NCBI GenBank assembly: GCA_964416135.1
Contig: CAYQCU010000003.1
Span: 68,815 to 132,814 of the forward strand
Source of the DNA: an uncultured Bifidobacterium sp.
GTDB taxonomy: Bacteria; Actinomycetota; Acidimicrobiia; Acidimicrobiales; Ilumatobacteraceae
Reading direction: 5' to 3'
Length of the DNA: 64,000 bases
In this document: positions 60,118-64,000 of the stretch, in pieces
Layout: each line of letters starts with the position of its first letter
Numbering within the stretch: the first letter of the stretch is position 1
Program-made: the position numbers and the translations under genes
Notes under the pieces: generated by a model
Databases searched by the model: none
What the model saw: only the letters and a program-made list of their open reading frames with translations
Told to the model about the DNA's origin: nothing

Positions 60118-61710
60118 ATGTTCCGCGACACCCTTGTGGTTGCCCTCGGCACCCTCATGTCGCGTCTCACCGGCCTGCTGCGCGTGATGGTGTTCGGGGT
60201 GGTCATCGGCCAGACCGCCCTCGCCGACGCCTTCGACGGTGCGAACAACAGCCCGAACTCGATCTACGAGCTCTTGGTGGGCGGGTTGCTCGCCGCCAGC
60301 CTCGTGCCGATGTTCACCCGTTTCGCCGAAGACGACGACCAGGAATCGATCGACACGGTCATCTCCACGACCCTCTTCATGTTGGTCATCGCGACGGTTC
60401 TCGCCATCATCGCGGCTCCGCTCATCTTCCGCCTCTATTCGCTCCAGCCGAGCGACCTCGTCTACGCACCCGACTTCCGCAACGCCGGCACGCTCATGAC
60501 CCGTGTCGCACTGATCCAGATCTTCTTCTACGGGCTCTCTGCTCTCGGGTCGGCGCTGTTGAATTCGCGTCGTCACTTCTTCGCCGCGGCATGGTCACCG
60601 GTGCTCTCGAACGTCATCACGATCACGCTGCTGCTCGTCATACCCTTCACCCGCGACGGAATCCCCGAACTCGCCGACATCTACGCGGCGAACTCGTTCT
60701 TCTGGCTGCTCACCATGTCGGCCACCGGCGGTGTCATGGCGATGGGCCTGGTGTTGATTCCGGCTCTCCGGCGAGCCGAGATTCCGTTTCGCTTCCGGTT
60801 CCGACCGAACTTCTCCCACCCCGCGGTGCGTTCAATGGTGCGGCTGTCGTCGTGGACCTTCGGCTTCGTGGTCACGAACCAGGTGTCGCTGATCGTCATC
60901 AAGAACCTCGCTGAACCCGGCAGCGGAAACCAGGACGCGTACGCGAAAGCCTTCATCTTCTTCATGCTTCCGCACGGTCTGCTCGCGATCTCGATCGCCA
61001 CGACGTTCGTACCCGAACTCGTTCGACGCGTGCGAGCGGGCGACCCCGACGGGTTCGCCACGTGGATGACGGCCGGTGTCCGCTGGATCGGACTTCTCAC
61101 CATCCCGTCGTCGGTGGCCATCTGGGTTCTCGCGCGACCGATCATCGCCTCGCTGCTCGAGCACGGAAACTTCACCTCGGACGCCACCGAGAACACTGCG
61201 CGTGCCCTGATGGGTTTCTCGGTGGGGTTGCTCGGGTTTTCTCTCTACATTTTCTGCCTGCGCGCCTTCTACGCCCACGAAGACACGCGCACGCCGTTCA
61301 TGGTGAACCTGTTCCAGAACGCACTGAACATCGTGCTCGCCCTCGTGCTCGGCCGCGGCGGAGACGTGCTCGGACTGGGACTCGCATTCGGCCTGTCGTA
61401 CATGGTTGCTGCCGGTGTCGTGCTGGTGCTCCTGCACCGGAAGTACCGCGCCGTGCGCTGGCTGAACATGACACACCTGTTGTGGCGCGTGACGCTCGCG
61501 AGCGCGGTCATGGGAGTGGCGCTGTGGCGGCTCGAGCACCTGCTCGAGCCTCAGTCTGATCTCGCTCAGTTGGCAGAGCTGTTCCTCACCGTCGGGGCAG
61601 GACTGGCGATCTTCGTCGTCCTGGTGGTTGCGTTCCGCGTTCCAGAGATCACGAACCTGCGCTCGTTGTTACCGAAGCGCAGCACCGACGTCGGCACTCA
61701 CATCGATTGA
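60118..61710 (+). CDS. murJ: Lipid II flippase MurJ (MviN)
   Basis: 'LMSRLTGLLRVMVFGVVIG', 'FDGANNSPNSIYELLVGG' and about 14 TM helices. Confidence 0.9.
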   Translation: MFRDTLVVALGTLMSRLTGLLRVMVFGVVIGQTALADAFDGANNSPNSIYELLVGGLLAASLVPMFTRFAEDDDQESIDTVISTTLFMLVIATVLAIIAAPLIFRLYSLQPSDLVYAPDFRNAGTLMTRVALIQIFFYGLSALGSALLNSRRHFFAAAWSPVLSNVITITLLLVIPFTRDGIPELADIYAANSFFWLLTMSATGGVMAMGLVLIPALRRAEIPFRFRFRPNFSHPAVRSMVRLSSWTFGFVVTNQVSLIVIKNLAEPGSGNQDAYAKAFIFFMLPHGLLAISIATTFVPELVRRVRAGDPDGFATWMTAGVRWIGLLTIPSSVAIWVLARPIIASLLEHGNFTSDATENTARALMGFSVGLLGFSLYIFCLRAFYAHEDTRTPFMVNLFQNALNIVLALVLGRGGDVLGLGLAFGLSYMVAAGVVLVLLHRKYRAVRWLNMTHLLWRVTLASAVMGVALWRLEHLLEPQSDLAQLAELFLTVGAGLAIFVVLVVAFRVPEITNLRSLLPKRSTDVGTHID

Positions 61711-61720
61711 ACCGAAACGA

Positions 61721-61740
61721 CCTGACCAGATCAGGTCAGG
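61721..61740. terminator. Hairpin between convergent murJ and proB (possible bidirectional terminator)
   Basis: CCTGACC-agatca-GGTCAGG forms the stem-loop. The right arm is part of a short tandem (CAGGT)x3-4 run extending into the proB stop. Confidence 0.35.
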
Positions 61741-62826
61741 TCAGGTCAGCACCACCAGGTCGTCGCGGTGCACGACCTCGACGACCCCCATGTCGGCGAT
61801 GTCGGCGGTGCGCTTGCCCATCGCCGAGCGAACCTGGCCGGCCGACATCGCAGACAACCCGCGTGCGACGAGCGCACCCGACTCGTCACGCACCTCGACC
61901 ACGGCGTCTGCCTCGAAGTCGCCCTCACATGCGGTGACCCCGGCCGGCAGCAACGAAGTTCCTCGTTCGGTCAGGGCTCGGATCGCACCTGCGTCGCAGG
62001 TGACCGCGCCCTCGGCCTCGGCGGCGAATGCGATCCAGAGTTTTCTCGCCGACAACTGGCGATCGTGAGGGGCGAAGCGCGTTCCGGCACTCTCGCCACG
62101 GACAGCAGCCACCACGGCTCCGTCGCGCGCCGCCGCTGCGATCACCGCCTCGACCCCCGACCACGACGCGATGCGTGCGGCCGCCAACTTCGACGCCATT
62201 CCGCCGGAGCCACGATCGGTACCGGCGCCGCCGGTGACGATGCTCAACAGCGGGTCGTCCGCCACGACGTGTTCGATGCGCGTGGCTGACGCGTTCGAAC
62301 GCGGGTCGTCTGTGTAGAGACCGTCGGTGTCGGTGAGGAGCACGAGCAAGTCGGCCTGCACCAGGTGCGCGAGCAGCGCCGAGAGACGGTCGTTGTCGCC
62401 GTAGCGAATCTCGTTCGCGGCGATCGCATCGTTTTCGTTGACGATCGGCACGCAGCCCAACTCGAGGAGTCTCAGCACGGTTGCCCGGGCGTGCAGATAC
62501 TGGCGACGATCGACGAAGTCGTGCGCCACCAAGAGAACCTGGGCTCCCGTGAGACCATGAGACGCGAGTGCTCGCTCGTAGGCGGCCATCAGACGGGGCT
62601 GACCGACGGCAGACAGTGCCTGCAGGGTGAGCACGTCGCCCGGGCGACGGTCGAGCCCGAGACCCGCCACACCGGAGGCAACCGCACCGGAGGTGACCAC
62701 GAGCACCTCGTGTCCGTCGGCGCGAACATCGGCCACCTGGGACACGACAGAGTCGATGACTCCGGTGCGCAGTGCTCCTGCGTCGTCGGTGAGTGACGAC
62801 GACCCGATCTTCACCACGACCCTCAT
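61741..62826 (-). CDS. proB: Glutamate 5-kinase (with PUA domain)
   Basis: 'VVKIGSSSLT', 'VLVVTSGAVASG', 'VPIVNENDA' and a C-terminal PUA-like segment. Confidence 0.9.
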   Translation of the reverse strand: MRVVVKIGSSSLTDDAGALRTGVIDSVVSQVADVRADGHEVLVVTSGAVASGVAGLGLDRRPGDVLTLQALSAVGQPRLMAAYERALASHGLTGAQVLLVAHDFVDRRQYLHARATVLRLLELGCVPIVNENDAIAANEIRYGDNDRLSALLAHLVQADLLVLLTDTDGLYTDDPRSNASATRIEHVVADDPLLSIVTGGAGTDRGSGGMASKLAAARIASWSGVEAVIAAAARDGAVVAAVRGESAGTRFAPHDRQLSARKLWIAFAAEAEGAVTCDAGAIRALTERGTSLLPAGVTACEGDFEADAVVEVRDESGALVARGLSAMSAGQVRSAMGKRTADIADMGVVEVVHRDDLVVLT

Positions 62827-62863
62827 CAGACGTCACCGTCGCTCGTGCTCACGGCGACAAGCA

Positions 62864-64000
62864 TCACAGGTCGGGCACGTAGTCGAAACTGAATTCGGCT
62901 ATCCAGACCACGTCTCCTTCGGTGGCACCGGCGCGAGCCAACATGCGGGGAACACCCAGTTTGTTGAGCCGCTCGTCGATGTAGTTGAGAGCTTCCGGCG
63001 AGGTCACGTCGTTGAGCGCGACGACACGCTCGGCTGACCGACCGTGCACACGGAATTCGTTGTCTCCCGTGCGCTCGACCCAGGCGTGCTCAGGTTCGGG
63101 CCGCACGATGACCGTCGCCTCCCTCTCGGGCTCGGCTTGACGGGCGCGCTGCACTTCACGCGCGAGCGCGAACAGCACCTCGCGCACGTTCGACATCGTC
63201 ACCGCACTCATCGTCATGTGCGGCCACGCGGCCACCACGTCGGCGTCGGCACTGTCCGTCTTTGTGCCGACCACCAGAGAAGGTCTCTCGAGCAGTTCGG
63301 GCCGGTAGTTGCCCACTTCGTGCCGGAGAATGCGCAACTGCTCGTCGGGCGAGATGCCGTCGAGTGCGACCAGGTCGACCAGGTAGCAGAGAACCCGGGC
63401 ACGTTCGACGTGCCGCAGGAACTTGTGTCCGAGTCCCCGCCCCTCGCTCGCACCTTCGATCAGCCCGGGAATGTCTGCCATCACGAACTCGGTCGCGTCG
63501 TCGAGCCGCACGACACCGAGGTGTGGTTCGAGTGTGGTGAAGGGATAGTTCGCGATCTTCGGTTTCGCAGCCGACACGACGCTGATGAACGTGCTCTTGC
63601 CGGCATTCGGAAAACCCACGAGCGCGACATCTGCCATCAGCCGCAACTCGAGTGCGAGCCACCTCTCTTGACCCTCTTCGCCTTGCTCGGCGAACGACGG
63701 TGCACGTCGTCTGTTGGTGAGGAACTTCGCGTTGCCCCGACCTCCGCGGCCACCTCCGGCGGCCAGCCACTTGTCGCCGTGGTGCACGAGATCGGCGAGA
63801 ACTTCCCCGGTGTACATGTCGCGCGCGACGGTTCCCTCTGGCACCGCCACCACCAGGTCTTCGCCGCGCCTGCCGTGGAGATCTTTTCCCTTCCCGTGGA
63901 CACCGTTCGATGCCTTGCGGTGCGGGTGGTCCCGGAACGCGAGCAGAGACGCAACGTTGCGGTCTGCGACCAGCCACACGTCGCCGCCCTTGCCGCCGTC
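62864..64000 (-). CDS. obg: GTPase Obg/CgtA; N-terminus lies beyond window end
   Basis: Obg fold 'GGKGGDVWLVAD...FRDHPH', G1 'GFPNAGKST', G3 'DIPGLIEGA', G4 'GTKTD' and a C-terminal OCT domain. The frame is open to base 64000. Confidence 0.9.
   Translation of the reverse strand, partial: DGGKGGDVWLVADRNVASLLAFRDHPHRKASNGVHGKGKDLHGRRGEDLVVAVPEGTVARDMYTGEVLADLVHHGDKWLAAGGGRGGRGNAKFLTNRRRAPSFAEQGEEGQERWLALELRLMADVALVGFPNAGKSTFISVVSAAKPKIANYPFTTLEPHLGVVRLDDATEFVMADIPGLIEGASEGRGLGHKFLRHVERARVLCYLVDLVALDGISPDEQLRILRHEVGNYRPELLERPSLVVGTKTDSADADVVAAWPHMTMSAVTMSNVREVLFALAREVQRARQAEPEREATVIVRPEPEHAWVERTGDNEFRVHGRSAERVVALNDVTSPEALNYIDERLNKLGVPRMLARAGATEGDVVWIAEFSFDYVPDL

Noticed and set aside
57870-60914. 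1014-aa ORF on the + strand, the longest in the track
   Set aside because: It runs antisense to the well-supported VWA and MoxR genes. It crosses the 59991-60117 intergenic region and continues out of frame into murJ. The translation is Arg/His/Asp/Leu/Val-rich with no motifs, as expected for an antisense shadow frame in high-GC DNA.
1-64000. CRISPR arrays, long tandem repeats, IS elements, rRNA
   Set aside because: Reading through the intergenic regions showed no regularly spaced direct repeats, no terminal inverted repeats flanking a transposase and no rRNA-like sequence. This was a visual scan only, so short or degenerate repeats could have been missed.

Overview
High-GC, Actinomycetota-like chromosomal segment with a visibly strong G/C third-position bias. 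It is densely coding on both strands. I support about 58 CDS and 2 tRNAs (Cys-GCA, Gly-GCC). I saw no rRNA, CRISPR array, transposase, integrase or prophage genes. All product calls come from reading motifs in the supplied translations; no searches were run. Many long ORFs in the track are antisense shadows of real genes, which is usual at this GC content, and I rejected them. Gene content, left to right: (1) 1-7 kb: tail of a peptide ABC ATPase, alkB, an APH-like kinase, an acyl-CoA ligase, a nitronate monooxygenase and a family-5 solute-binding protein. (2) 7-11.7 kb: stress-type genes (Hsp20, a phosphoribosyltransferase-hydrolase fusion, a pseudo-receiver LuxR regulator). (3) 11.9-26 kb: APC permease, methyltransferase, trans-sulfuration enzyme, membrane lipid enzymes, a FAD-less molybdenum aldehyde oxidoreductase, an LLM oxidoreductase, an aminotransferase plus omega-amidase pair, an amidase and a P450. 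(4) 26.3-32.7 kb: an envelope-glycan cluster with a flippase-like protein, an FrhB-like Fe-S flavoprotein, a pyruvyl transferase, a GT2 polyprenyl-phosphate-sugar synthase and a GT-C-like membrane protein. (5) 32.7-36.5 kb, the most unusual locus: an ADP-ribosylglycohydrolase fused to a Cys-phosphatase domain, translationally coupled to a YbjN-like/AAA+ ATPase. It is divergent from an NrtR-like Nudix-wHTH regulator across an AT-rich spacer that carries inverted repeats. I propose this as a candidate undescribed ADP-ribose-sensing de-ADP-ribosylation module. (6) 36.5-41.2 kb: an acyl-CoA/LLM catabolic block. (7) 41.3-45.9 kb: orphan secreted or lipoproteins plus a second pseudo-receiver LuxR. 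(8) 45.9-64 kb: carotenoid oxygenase behind a perfect 11-bp palindrome, metX behind a structured candidate SAM-riboswitch leader, a PrpB-like lyase plus acyl-CoA ligase, SURF1, MBL and GMC enzymes, a CoxE/CoxD-like VWA-MoxR pair, murJ, proB and obg.
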